From Marsupella aquatica (Eukaryota; Plantae; Marchantiophyta), in the NCBI GenBank assembly GCA_973895155.1, contig OZ316896.1, positions 6,838,232 to 6,902,231 on the forward strand: DNA of 64,000 bases, in the 5' to 3' direction. This document shows, piece by piece, positions 12,775 through 25,157 of the stretch. Each line of letters begins with the position of its first letter. Position 1 is the first letter of the stretch. Below the pieces are notes generated by a model, which was given only the letters and a program-made list of their open reading frames with translations, ran no database searches and was not told the DNA's origin. The position numbers were made by a program, and so were the translations under genes.

Positions 12775-14617
12775 TGTAGTTTGCCATAGAGAACCAAAAA
12801 TCACATTTTAAAGTCTCCAAACTCGGTATTCGTTCCCTTTAAGAACAAGATGGGGTTGGTTTGATGTAATAAACTAAAAACAAAGCTTTAAGCTCTTGTG
12901 TCACACATAGTAATCAATCTTGACTACTTTAATCAGGTACTTTGAAGATCGCTCCACAGCGGTGAGTAGTTTTTGATGATAACTCAACATCAGATAACCT
13001 TCAATTAAGCAAAAGATTGCAATTAACAAAACACAAGGAAAAATCTCTCAGAGTATGCTTAAGGGAGTCTGGAATAGACCAAGGTTACTCCTTAGACATA
13101 AGTAATAATGTAATGACTTTAAAGGAATCCAAATCCACACGGCTTTTCAGATCTAAACTGCATACTAGAGTATCCTTTTAAAATGCTGGCAACATGTCTT
13201 GACCTTTCTTCCTAAGTGATACTTAGTCAAGATCTAAAAGGATAAATACTTCAGCATTTAGACGGTACTAAGCAACATGAAGGTGAAAACATCATTTCCA
13301 ATGCAACTTAAACTCAATGAGTTAACTCTAAGAACTTGTGAGATTACAATGTGTCACCAAAGCGGAATCTGACATTATAATTCACGAGATTCATAACTGA
13401 GGTTTTACTTCAAGTATTTGGGTTCCAAAATACAAGAAGGAGGTAAGTCTCTCCAAATGTTAAACCTGATCTCGAACTCATAGATTCATGATCAACTAGT
13501 TTAACACAAGGGAGAGGCAAAACTGCAAAACTTAACCATCTCTCTACACTAGGGGAAGAGGTATAAATAGTGATGAACTACAGAATAAGAGGTCACAGGG
13601 TCGAAGAGACATGCCTCTTCATACCCCTCAAAATTTTAAAATGGCGATTCAGTAAGTGAAAAGCCGGAAAAATGGCTAAGTATGAACTCTTAAACTCTTA
13701 AAAACTTAAACTCTTAAAAACGTAAAAACTTAAACTCTTAAACTCTTAATTTCGGTATACTAAAAATTGAGTAGATTCAACTATTTTTAACTTTCTACTC
13801 CTGGTTCGGAAAACTCTGAAATTTTTCCAGTAGGGTTTCCTAGGTACAGACTACAGCCTAAAGAAGTATGACAGCTTCTAAAGCTCTACAACACATTTAG
13901 AAAAATTGGTAAAAGTACTATACTTTTCAATACTAGCTAAAAAGATAGTCTCCTTCAAGCTTGTTGTCGAATATCATCGGGTTCGAGCAGCTCCACGTAG
14001 GTGACAGTCCGATTCTGTGTTACCTCCATCAGCTCAGTCTGACGTGGTGATCCTCGAGAGTAGGGTAGGCACCTTAGTTGTCTCTCAGGATACATCAAAG
14101 GCATTCGCTTCATCAAATAACAGGAATCTATACGAAGAGCTTCTCTGTATATCCCTAGTACATCATAGTTGTTGCAGGTGGCAGCATACACTTGAGGATA
14201 GTGATGCAGAAACTCATCACTATTCATCATCCTGGAATAGAAGGGTCGAAGTCTCCATTTGACATCTCTGAAATACCGGTTGAAGCTGGGCAGAGTTTGA
14301 GAGGTAAGGTGGAAGAGAAGTCAGTAATGAGCGCCTATGTCTTGCATTCCTTCCCTTTCAAGGTGAGCTCTTCATCCGTTGTGGAGTCCCGTTGAACTAG
14401 TTGTAAGATGTCACGATCACAGAGTCGCCAAATCTTAAGGTGTAACTCGTAAAGCAGTGAACTAGTAAACTCGTAAACTGAGTTTACTCGTAACTTAGGA
14501 ACTTAGTAACTTTGAATGCTGTTTTAGTTACAGTTAGCAATAATTGCAGTCTAAACACCGTAAAAAATTTAAAAATTTTCAGTTTCTTCATGCTTTTGGA
14601 ATTACCCACTACTTACA
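12775..14617 (-). mobile_element. Putative LTR, copy 3
   Basis: Same sequence, offset +10134. Confidence 0.6.
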
Positions 14618-14706
14618 TAGCCCTCTCCTCAAGCGGCGCCGTGCCCTCACAAGCCTTTCTGAAGTCTTCCACCAGAACTAAATCGCCTTTGAAATGCACA
14701 TTGGTT

Positions 14707-15561
14707 TCAATTGTGTATTAAGTTTGATACTTGACTGGACAATTTGTCAAGCAACTTGTATACTTGCTTAACTTTTGGTGAAATTGTGGAAATATCTGGT
14801 ACTTGCTTCTTTTTCTTGGTTTTTGCTTTTTCAAATTCAGAGCTAGAGCTGGTTTCATCATTTGAAGAACTAGGTGTTGTCCTTTTAGTGTTCTCTTCAC
14901 TGCTGTTGTCACTCCCCTCGTCTGACATGGATTCTGATTCAGAATTGAGTTTCTTTTTCTTTTTCTTCTTAATATATTTCTTGAGCTCTTTTTTCAATCT
15001 TTTCTTTCCAGACACTTCTGAATCAACATATTTCTGTGCTGCAGCTAAAGCTTCTCCATATGTGGTTCCACCTTCTCTTCTCACATATCTTGCAATTCTA
15101 GATGGCAGTCCATTTATGAACCAATCTCTGACTGTTGATTTTGATGTAGCCGGGTTGTATTTGTCAACTAACTCTTCCAGCTTATCTGCATATTTCCGAA
15201 CAGATCCATACTTGTTCATTTTTAAATAAGAAATTTTTGTGAAGGCTCTTGCTGCTGCCCCATCTTCTTTGTATTTCTCTAAAAATGCAGCTTTTGTCTT
15301 TGTCCAGTCATTTTTATCTAAAAATCGATGATGCCACTTTTGTGCTCCTTTCTTCATAAGTCCTCCAAAAATGCTTGCCTTCTCAGCGTCTTGGCTATGT
15401 CCATTTGAAATTGCAGTAGCTTCAAACTCCTTTAAGTAGGTCTCTGCATCCTCTTTAGATGTCCCTTTGAAGGTGTCATAGCGAATATTATTCCGGGCCA
15501 TGTTGATCAAATGAGTAGGAAGAAATAAACTAGGCTGTGAAGGAGTGGCATTGAGATTCAA
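14707..15561 (-). CDS. Gag-like protein, copy 3
   Basis: Translation identical to 4573-5427. Confidence 0.8.
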   Translation of the reverse strand: MNLNATPSQPSLFLPTHLINMARNNIRYDTFKGTSKEDAETYLKEFEATAISNGHSQDAEKASIFGGLMKKGAQKWHHRFLDKNDWTKTKAAFLEKYKEDGAAARAFTKISYLKMNKYGSVRKYADKLEELVDKYNPATSKSTVRDWFINGLPSRIARYVRREGGTTYGEALAAAQKYVDSEVSGKKRLKKELKKYIKKKKKKKLNSESESMSDEGSDNSSEENTKRTTPSSSNDETSSSSEFEKAKTKKKKQVPDISTISPKVKQVYKLLDKLSSQVSNLIHN

Positions 15562-16130
15562 TCAGGTGGAGGAATCTTTTAGGTGCAGATGAGGCTCCTT
15601 GTTTCTTCTTCCAAATTGGTTGACTATTCTCACTCAGATATCCCTTATCTTGACTACCTGTGTCTTTTTTATAATTTGAATAGAGACCGCCTTAAGCTCT
15701 CCCATAATTTTTGTTTAACTCTCATCAGTCCAAATGAGGGAGAATTGGGGTGAGCTCTAAGTGTGGTGCTAGTGTCACGGAAAACACTAACATTGTCTCT
15801 CATTTCTTGATCTGGTGTAACATCTCTGATCAATCTTCCTGCAAGTCTAACTGGAAGTGCAAAAGCATTTCAATCGGATGGTGTTAGTTTATTCGTGGTA
15901 GCCATGGTCAAGGTTCACAGGATTGTTGACTCAAGGTAGCTCTCTCCTCATGAATTCAGGAAAATGGGACTTTGCAATTTGCTGAAGATTTGAATAGTCA
16001 TATTGGTTAACTCTTTGGAGCTCTGAAGGGTCGTCATCTCGTAGCTTTCTTTGTCAGAGACTGAAGGAATGCGCTCTGCACATTTGTATCAGTCTGAAGA
16101 TTTGAATAGTTATATTGGTTAACTCTTTGG

Positions 16131-16752
16131 GCAACGGTGGGAGTTGGCTGGTGCCTCAAGTTCTTTCACTCTGGAAACTTGGAGAAACATACAGGTTCCA
16201 AATGTCCAGACTTCCCACAAAAGTCACAGTAGAACTCATCCGGAGGGACATCACATTCATTAGCCTTATGATCCGGATCCCCACAGTAATTGCAAGAAGG
16301 GACAAGCATAGGTGCAGAATGGGCATGCTTAACTTGTTGGGGTTGCACCATTGACCTACCAGATGCCGGGGTAGGAACGAAAGGCCTGGTTCGTGGCCCA
16401 CGACGTGAGTGACTGGCCTGGTAATGAGCATGGGCAAGCTCAAGCTTCTCTGCAATGTTGTACACTTGAAGAAGATTGTAAGAATCCCCATGTTGTACAA
16501 AGACCTGATGTAGCACCTGCAAATGGAGCAAAGGGTTACTCTCAAGCGCATCAAGATAACGATTTGCAGCCTCTTGGTCTGTGATGCTTTTGGTATCCTC
16601 CTTCAACTTGAGCAATCGTTGGTACATCATCTTCAACGTTTCATCCTTTTGCCGCATGAATGTAGCAAGCTGCATTATCTTCTCTGAGCTCTTCACTGGA
16701 AATTCCTGTTCAAGAATTTGAAAGAACTCATCCACTGGATCAAGATACACTG
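16131..16752 (-). pseudogene. C-terminal half of a second Ty3-like Gag with two CCHC zinc knuckles
   Basis: CNYCGDPDHKANEC and CDFCGKSGHLEPVC; Q.KDET.K.MY.R major-homology-like motif. Joins the 20771+ segment when the insert is removed. Confidence 0.85.
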
Positions 16753-19700
16753 TGTGACGCCGCCGGTACGGCGGTTAATGAGTGATTCAGTCTAACTGCG
16801 CTCGGCACGCGCGTTAGGTGGGTCTTAGGCCGCTATTATTAGCATAACGACAGTATTTAGGTAATCATTAGGGGTAGGACATCATTAGGCAATAAGGGGG
16901 ACTTCAGGTTCGGGCTGGCGGCGGGTCGCTATTCGCACACCCGGGTTACGAGCGTGGAAGGGCCCCTCCCTCGGGTCCGTATAACGAACTTAAGGAAGCG
17001 GCCACTGACGCACGCTGACTCAGACCGGCAGAGTGGCCGATACACCACAAGCGTGAGCGGTTCAGCCTATGGGCGTCGAGGAGACGTCGGGGATCGACAA
17101 GCCCTCAAAGTATAAAAGGGGAGCCAACCCTTTGTAGTGCACCAGTCCATCAGTCCGCGCGCCAGCTTCGACCCCAGCTCTCCCGTTCTCTCTAGGTCGC
17201 CACTACTATCTCCTCTGAATGTCGCACACGATCCTCTCCAGCTCGGCCATTCAATTCTGGACGCAGTTCCTATCTACCGAAAGGCACTTGGCCGATTCAT
17301 TGAAACACGCCAACCCGCGCCGATACGAAATCGAACGAGAGAGCCATCCGCCTAGCAGGACGACACCACTACGTCCTTAACTTTGACTACCCGTCTTAGA
17401 GCGAGCTTTACCGACCAGCAGAGGTATCTGGGTACTTCTTCAACGGAGACAAATATATCGGGTTCTGGGAAGCATTGCTTTGGCTTCCGGACGAGGTCTT
17501 CAACATCCCGGGTACAATCGACCTGCAGCGACATCACTTCGACCACATCCCTGCCCGGGTTCGGGCTGTCATTAACGGCGAGTCCAGTACCAACCGTTCG
17601 ACAAGGGCGTCCGCACTCGCTTCGGAGAACTTCTACCAACACCTGCAGAGCTTCATGGGAACTCGGCCATCAACCAACATGACCAACTCAGCCGTGCCCG
17701 TACCCGTACCCGTGCCCATGCAACCCCAGCCTCAACCTCAGGCTCAGCTTCAGCTTCAGCCTCAGCCGCAGCCTAGCCAAACCCCACCACCTATCACCCA
17801 GCCAGCACAGGTACGCTCCGTCATCAACGTTGTGGATCTTAGCGATGATGATGAGGCTACCCCACCCTTGACCAGGCGGCCCAGAGGAACAAGCGCTCGG
17901 GGGGCCGATACTATATCGTCCCCACCCCCTGCTCTGACCCCAGGAGCGGCCCCAGCAGACAACATGGTGACCGTGGCCGCCCCGGGCCCGTTACCAACGG
18001 CAGTGGCCCTCCCCAGGCCCGATCGGGAGGATGGGGAAGTATCACCTTCCATGAGTCAGTCACGGGGAAAGAAGAGGAAGGAATCCGCCACTGCATCCGG
18101 GTTACCGTTGGCCACGGTAGCCGTAGCCAAGGTGACGATGCACCGCATGGGGGAAAACGTTCACAGCAACATCCTCCATCCCAAGCATGCGGTGTACCTG
18201 AAGACTCAGGGATTTGAGCACCTCGCCTCTCTCCCCTAGAACACTTGCAGGTACTACGGGGAGGACATGATAGAATTCGTCAAGAATTATGACGACGTAC
18301 GTCAACAGACTCGGCTGCGGGGAAGGAATATGTCCCTCACAGAAGAACGGCTCAAGATGATCTTCGGGTTACCCGAAGGTGACCATCGAGTCGAATCACG
18401 GGCTCCCGGGGGCAAGGGGGCCAAGTACCAATCTTCAAGTTTTCCCTCAGAGGGAGCAGTAGACAACGGGTTCGTGATGAGGACCTGCCTCATGCCCGAG
18501 ATAGCTGAGCGGCTGGAGTTCCAAAGGTACGCTCTCCACATGATGGAACCCCGGGGGGAGATCCCCGCCGCCCAGGTTATCCAGGTCGAGAACTATCGAC
18601 CTAGGAAATGGGCGTCGTACTTCGCTAAGAAATTCCATGAAGAGATGGAGCGGCGAAGGAAGACGCTGTACATTGGTGGGAAGGCGTATTTCGCTAGCCA
18701 CATCGAAATCATTCTTGAGTGGTACGCCCAGTTTGATCGACGAACCCTTCCCCGCATCAACGTTACAAAGCTGGTCCCAGCTAGGTGGGTTTTTCCGGCA
18801 TTGGAGAGACGGCCCCAACCCGAGGCCCGAAGTCCAGTGGACACGCCAGCTTCACCCACCCCACCTCCACAAATAGATGTAATCGTAACCGAGGAGGCGC
18901 CGGAGGGGTCGGTCGTCGCAACCGTTGATGCGACCCAACTAGCCGGGCTAAGTACAGAAGTTGGTACGGCAGAGGTCTTACCCGAACCCGGGTCTCCCAA
19001 GGACCCACTGATGGCAATTCCAGAGAACCGGACATTGCTGCAGGAGGACACTCCAGCCCCTTCCAACGTTATGTCCCCAGGGCTGGACGTCACTGCCCCG
19101 GCCCCTGCGCGTGTTGACGTCTGCCCGTGCCCAAATCCGGACAGGCACAACTTGGACCACCCGGAACTCTTCGTACAGGGTACGTTTCTGAACGGGCTTC
19201 TGGGAGATTTCTCTCATCAAATTGCCCGGGATACCGGGGAGTTCATGGCCCGGAAGGTAGCCTGTTTCTTCAATCAGGAGTTGGTTGCCGCAGTAAAGGC
19301 AGGTTGGGCCCAGTCGGAGGCCTTTCAGAGGATAGAGCGGTACCGGGTGGAGTCCGTGTACCTAAAGAATGAAGTGGCGGCTCAAGAGGCTGAGCTTCTG
19401 CAACTACGACCCAAGGTTGCAGCCGCCGATGAGTTGTTAGCAAAGGCGCACACTCTTACCGCCCTAGCCGAACAGGCCAAAGCTGGGAACGAGGCCGAGA
19501 TTACACGACTCCGGACCCAGATTGACAGTTTGAAGAAACAAGCTGTCACCTGGCAGAAAGACCTGGAGGAGGCCGAGGAGCGAGCCCAGCGGGACACGGC
19601 GGAGATAGCCACGCTGCAGGCCGAGATAGCGCGGCTCCAAACCGAGGCCGAGAAGCAGGATCAGCTGGCGGCTAAACTGACGAGCGACGCCCAGCAGCTG

Positions 19701-20765
19701 GAGGAGGCATGTCAGGAGGCAGTAGAGGAGACGGACGCGGCGAGGCGAGAGAACGAATCTCTACTGGACCAGGTCCAGCTCCTCAAAGCGGACAATGATA
19801 GGCTTTGAAGGCAGCGGGATGGCCGTTCCCATTCGGGCGGCTCTGGCAAGCGTGCCAGGCATTAGCGGCGGAGTAGGAATAGATTAGGATTAGGATTGGC
19901 TTAGTCAGGCTCTTGGGACAGGCACTTGCCTTAGGTACAGTAGCGCTGCCCTGCTGTCCAGCCTGCGTAGATTAGGATCTTCTAATAAGACACAGCCGTT
20001 TTCCGGCCTGACTGTCAGCTTAGTTAGAACCTTAGTCAGCGAATCTTTGGCGAGAGGACACCCCATCCCTCGGCTCTTAGTATTTAGTGCACCCCTCGGT
20101 AGAGGCGGGGGGGGGGGTTTTTAGTTTCAGAGTCAGACATCCGCGGGATATGCGGGGAGTCCCGACCTCTGGGAATGAAAGAGTACCAAGGGGAGGGGGT
20201 AGGACTAAGCTCATCGGGCGAGTGCGGAGCCGGGCTCCGTTGTAGTGTGCACCCTCGGCCTTGAACCTGTTCGTTCCAGGGCTGTCGGGTCAACTAAGTG
20301 TACGCATATGTTCCCTTTGTAGTAAAATCCTTTCCCATCATCTTCCTTCGTGTAAATCGAGATTGTATGCATGTGTGCGCATATGTGTGTGGGTTTCTCG
20401 TATATGGGTGGCAGCGCGAGGCCAAACGCACTACCCGAGATGTGCACAGGGTGCAGCCTGCGGGTAAGTGGTTGCGAGCACGGGTTGGGGACCTGTATCA
20501 TCGAATCCGGATCGAAGGCGGACAACACGAAGGCTTAGAAGCCCTTAAGCCGGGGTCGATCCTGCTATCGACTAAGGTACGTTCCGGCGGCGGAACACAA
20601 ACCATACCTAGGAGGTGTCCGTATTTAGCAGTAGGCGCACTTAGCGCTAGTTTACGAGAATAAGGTGCATTACGTGCTTCCCTTCCTGCCCGAACCCTCA
20701 GATTTACGAGGGATGTGCCCGTCTAAGCTGAAGTCTGAGTTAAGGCCGAAGCCTACGACGTGACA
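16753..20765 (+). mobile_element. 4013-bp solo-LTR-like insertion carrying a long protein-coding frame
   Basis: Ends TGTGACG...CGTGACA. Flanked by an exact 5-bp TSD CACTG (16748-16752 and 20766-20770). GC-rich relative to flanks, TATAAAAG at 17111, no internal direct LTR pair seen. Confidence 0.85.
17475..19808 (+). pseudogene. Plant-transposon accessory protein (PMD/Transposase_28/32-like core plus C-terminal coiled coil), with one in-frame TAG at 18237-18239
   Basis: ORFs 17475-18239 and 18267-19808 are in the same frame (27-nt gap). Core GFEHLASLP*...MIEFVKNYD...RLRGRNMSLTEERLKMIFGLPEG; the last ~150 aa are heptad-rich. Confidence 0.7.
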
Positions 20766-20770
20766 CACTG

Positions 20771-21494
20771 GTGTATCAATAGTGGGAGAGATGCCTATAG
20801 TAGCTAGAGCAAGCTCAACTGGACTCAATACCACTGTAGTGGGTGCTGGCGAAGGTGCACTACTAGATGAAGAAGCGATAGCAGCAGCATGCGCTGCGAT
20901 GGCAACTTGTAGTGTTGTCTGGTGGGCACCAGCTATGGCAGCAGCGTAAGCAGGATTTGGGGTTTGAGTGACACCCAATAACCGCCTCGAGTGCTTCTGG
21001 TACACGTCCAATGCCTCATGGTGCACATACCTTGCCAATTGTTTGAATGCATAGGCAACAGTGTAGTGGCTCAAGTACTTGAGCTCCAACTCATACACAA
21101 CTGTGTAAAATGCTGCTTTGAATTCCTATAGAGAAATGGTGCTAGGCCGACCACTAAACTTCCCGATTTTGCTGGATGCTCTGCTAGCCTCCATCCCGTA
21201 TACTGGTGGAATTGTTGATGTCGACAGCGGAGCTAGGAATGTGCTGGTCGGAGCTGAAAGAGGCGTGTACAGGCCTGATTGTGGTTGAATAGACGATTGA
21301 GGAACTTGATATGATGTAGTTGTTGGAATCACCTGATGTGAGCTTCTCGCCCCGACAGATCCAGAAGAAGTATTCTGGGTGTGTCTCCTTCTAAATGATC
21401 TAGATGATTTGAGAGGGATAGTCTCTAATGGGCGTGGGTCACTTTGGAGATGGTTTGGCCGCCATGGATCCCTGTTAGAGTCACCTGAGCTCAT
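20771..21494 (-). pseudogene. N-terminal half of the interrupted Ty3-like Gag
   Basis: ORFs 21126-21494 and 20670-21098 (KIGKFSGRPSTISL*EF...AFKQLARYVHHEALDVY) lead up to the TSD. Confidence 0.7.
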
Positions 21495-21496
21495 GC

Positions 21497-22090
21497 TGAT
21501 GTGACATGCTCAAAGAGATCAATCAGTCTTCCTCTAAACCTCAAAATAGAGACCAAATCCCTAAATCTGCATGAAGGTGTTCCAACTCTTCAACACATAT
21601 CTCTCTTGGTAATAGATAACGATATGTGAGATAATCATGAGGAGATGAAGCACTCACAGACGCTCCTAATGAGCCCTACATGCCCCAAGTCGTTGACGCA
21701 AACAGTAGAGATCAAAGTCGGAAATTTGCAAAATTGTCCCCAAATTGCATTTTGGTGAAGTCAAAATGTCGGCGACTATATCTCACTTGATAAAGCTTCG
21801 TTTTTGGAGTTCGTTATATTGATCTTGCACACCTCAATGAGAGCTTTCCAACCATGCTAAAAGCTCCTACTCTTGTCAAACGGTTTCAGAAGAGTTACGA
21901 CCAGAATAGATCGCGGATGTGCTCAAAATGGCATTTTGAGAACTAACGATAACTTGAAAGTTTGTGTTCGACCTGTCCTTGTACAAGTCGACTCCCTCTA
22001 TTCATGACCGTCTTTCACCTTCAGTGAACTCTACAATTATCACTCAAAACCAAATCTGATTGATGAAGCAATCACCAGATTGCCACATCG
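21497..22090 (-). mobile_element. Putative 5' LTR (~594 bp) of the interrupted gag element
   Basis: Inverted termini TGATGTGACA...TGCCACATCG. The gag ATG lies 3 bp inside. Confidence 0.5.
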
Positions 22091-22713
22091 GCGGATGTAA
22101 TCCCGTCAAGATAGTTCTTCTTGAGTAATACGTATGTAGCATGTAGAGTGAGTAGTACATAAGAAAACCAGCAGCATGCCATGATGTGGTGGGAGCAACT
22201 AAAGAGTCATAGCCAATCCTCAAATGTGTGGAGGTGCCATGGAGTGTGCTGCCATATCCAAGTGCTTGCAATGCTAAAGTTAAGACTCAAGAAGACCTGA
22301 AGTGAATGTGCAATGAGCAATCTAAGTATGTTGGCTCTGGCGTGCTCCTAGCAAAGACTATTTGCTTCAAGAACAACCAGAGTTTGCTACAAGAACATTG
22401 CCCAAAGTGCTACTAAGAGGAGAATGCTTGCTTAGAGAACACCAAGCATATCTATTATAGCTTGCATATATGGCCTCTAAATGATGAACCTAAACTACCA
22501 TAATATCCTAGCAGGCGTGCACAGGGCATGGTGATGGGCGATGATAACCATGCATTCTTGCACGACACCTCGCACTGATCTATATGTTGCCCCCATAACC
22601 TTTGAGTTTCATGCAACAAAACTCTGAATAAGCCATCACCACTGAACGTTGGATAAACCACCACTGAACGTTGGATAAACCATCACAAAAAAACCTTGTC
22701 ACCTCCCAGACAT

Positions 22714-23069
22714 GCTCTGATATCGATTGTTGAGCAAAGATGACATTCACAATGACAAGCCAATGAACCATCCAGTGCACAAGTAGTTGACACAAAGAGA
22801 TACGTGGTTTGCCTCACCTTGAGGCTACATCCACGTGAACACACAAAATTTATTGCACTCTAGGCCCATTGTCCACACTAAGTCTTTGCAATACAAAATC
22901 TCCCTATCTCTCAACTGGCTCTATAACAATGAGCCCGAGTTCCTTTTATCAAAACAAACATTGTTTGGGATATGGTGTGCAGCCTAGTTAACCTAACCCA
23001 GTCTACAACTAAGATAAACCCTAACTGCTATTATAGTTGTAACCCTAGACTAAGAGTAAATGTCTAACA
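22714..23069 (-). mobile_element. Short LTR (22728-23069, 342 bp) with an adjacent degenerate tRNA-Met PBS
   Basis: TGTTGAG...CTAACA termini; gctctgatatcg resembles gctctgatacca; reverse-complement homologous to the solo LTR at 60083-60620. Confidence 0.7.
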
Positions 23070-24594
23070 TTAAACAATCCAAATAGCGTTCCTCCACGTC
23101 TATATAATATGATTCAAAATGATTTTAATGAGGAGAAAGACATATTTGTCGTGTAAATCATTTGATAAACGCTAAATATATGGATGCCTCCCCATCCCCT
23201 GCAATGTTCTTAGGCTTCAGACACCCTAAAATGTAAGAAAAAATATTTGTTTCAACCCCTATAAAGTTGAGATTTGGTTAGAAAGACTCTAATATTCTTA
23301 TAAGTTTCAAAATTTAATTAAAAAAACCCTATTGTTCTTCTGCAAAAATCTTAAGACCCTTTAAACCAATAAAATGACCCTATTCTTCGTCGCATGTGAT
23401 GTGTCATTTTTGTGGAAGTGAAACCCCCAAGGATAAGCGCGTAAGTGACATAAGTGTGGTCTTGTTTTTGGTGTCGATGCGGGAGAAACCTTCTTCTTGT
23501 TTGATTGCAAAAGGAGGGGAGCTACATCTCTTTCAATCTTAGATGTATCAACGATTGAAACATGAAGAGATCATGGTTACCTTGTTGTAGTTTATAACGC
23601 AACTTGCTTGATGTTTGAGAAGATTGTATTGGCGATATTTTGTGTGAGCTTGACATGCAAGTCTCAATGGGATGTTGAGAGGGAAAGGGGAGGTAGAGGA
23701 AGTCCACAACACAGATGTACCTGATACTTGAGCTAGAGCAAATGCCTTCTTGGGTTGGTACTAGACGAAGAGTTGTTGTCGATCTAAAAGCGATTACGAC
23801 ACAGAAGATTGGAGGTTGCCAGTAGAGTTGGAGAACAACTCCTAGTGCAACAATAAGTGGCTCAATGTAATGAGCCCATCCATCTAGATGAAGAATTGGA
23901 AGGAGACGAACTGCGAAGAGGAGGGGAGCCTTTTTGTGGCTGTGCAACCTGAGCTTGTGAGGAGTCCAAGCGCTAAGCTCATTGCACTGTCACCAATGGC
24001 ACAAAGGCCCGTATTGCTTCCAATAGCGCAAAGGCTAATCCCACCTATGGCCGCTGCTCATCCGTGTTCAGTGCGTACCTTTCAAGGATGAAATTCAGTG
24101 TTAGAAGGGAATGAGTTAACTAATCTTAATTAGTGGTTGTTGATACCTTTTTCCCCTTTGAAATCCTCCTGGATTGTTTAATTAGATTCTGTGGTGCAGT
24201 TAACTGATGGAATGCTCAGGGGCTGGTGTGTGAATATCCTGGCTTTACAGTACAGTCTGGCGTGTCTAAGTGCACCCTCCGTAAGTGCATTTTGTGTTAA
24301 GTGCAGCCTGACTCTTTCTTCCTCAAAAGATGAGCATCTTAATGAGTTCATGCAACAAAAATGCACCATTTCTAACTGCAAACTGACCCTCAGTAAATCA
24401 CGATGATAAGAGCTAAACGTGGGTAAGTACAGAATTGCATGAGGATAAGTAACGCCTTTGTAGATAAGTGCAAGAGATGTCTATACAGAGTATTTTCTTT
24501 GCACTAAATAATCCATCATATATGCTCCAGTACCAACCGTCCCTTGCAGTTTTCATTTGTGATTGCAAGAGCCAGTAAGTTTGTAATTATGGTC

Positions 24595-24667
24595 TACTGA
24601 AAACCGTGCATAAGTGCACGAAAAGGTCTTCTTTTGAAGTCCATGCACTTATGTACGGTTGACTGTA
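24595..24667. mobile_element. Small pogo/Tc1-type MITE-like inverted repeat
   Basis: tactgaaaaccgtgcataagtgca ... tgcacttatgtacggttgactgta: imperfect ~24-bp inverted arms bounded by TA. Confidence 0.5.
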
Positions 24668-24983
24668 AAGCACGTTTTGCATTTAAGGACGGTGCACTTA
24701 AGTTTAGTTCACTGAACATTCTCGAATAGCACCCAACCTCGAAATGACGTCTTTGGGCTCATACAACGAGAGCATTATGGCCTCCCATTCCGGGCAGGCA
24801 GTTGCCCAAGTCCGCATGGCTGGGAAGTGGAACGATCGTAGAAGAGCGCATTGTTTGCGAATTCGAAGCCCAATCAGTGGGTGGGTTTGTCTACGAGGTG
24901 GAAGCTTTTTATTATTCTTAGGTTTCTTGGAACCTAGTAGTGGTGGGTTTTGTTGCGCTTTTGGAGCATAGTGGGTTTCACGT

Positions 24984-25157
24984 GCGCTTCGGAAGGTCGC
25001 GACACCCTCGTTGGAATGCCCGGTGTGGGAGCACGGCGTCGTCAACCCCATAGACGAAGCGCAGATTGCCTTGCGCTTCGGAAGGTCGCGGCACCCTCGT
25101 TAGAATGCCCGGTGTGGGAGCACGACGTCGTCAACCCCATAGACGAAACGCAGATTG
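24984..25157. repeat. 89-bp tandem duplication upstream of IWS1
   Basis: gcgcttcggaaggtcgcg... starts at 24984 and 25073. Confidence 0.9.

Larger units (their letters stand above)
1..16130 (-). repeat. Tandem array of a 5067-bp non-autonomous LTR-retrotransposon unit (~3.2 copies; continues off the left edge, truncated at 16130)
   Basis: Identical ORFs recur at +5067 offsets (1021/6088/11155; 4573/9640/14707). Differences noticed by eye: a 1-bp G-run indel near 547, A/G at 2831 vs 7898/12965, and T/C at 13263. Homology stops abruptly after ...aactctttgg at 16130. Confidence 0.95.

Noticed and set aside
19380-19808. Coiled coil as an SMC, myosin or host structural gene (also 61382-61828)
   Set aside because: No ATPase or motor motifs, and it lies inside a TSD-bounded mobile element.
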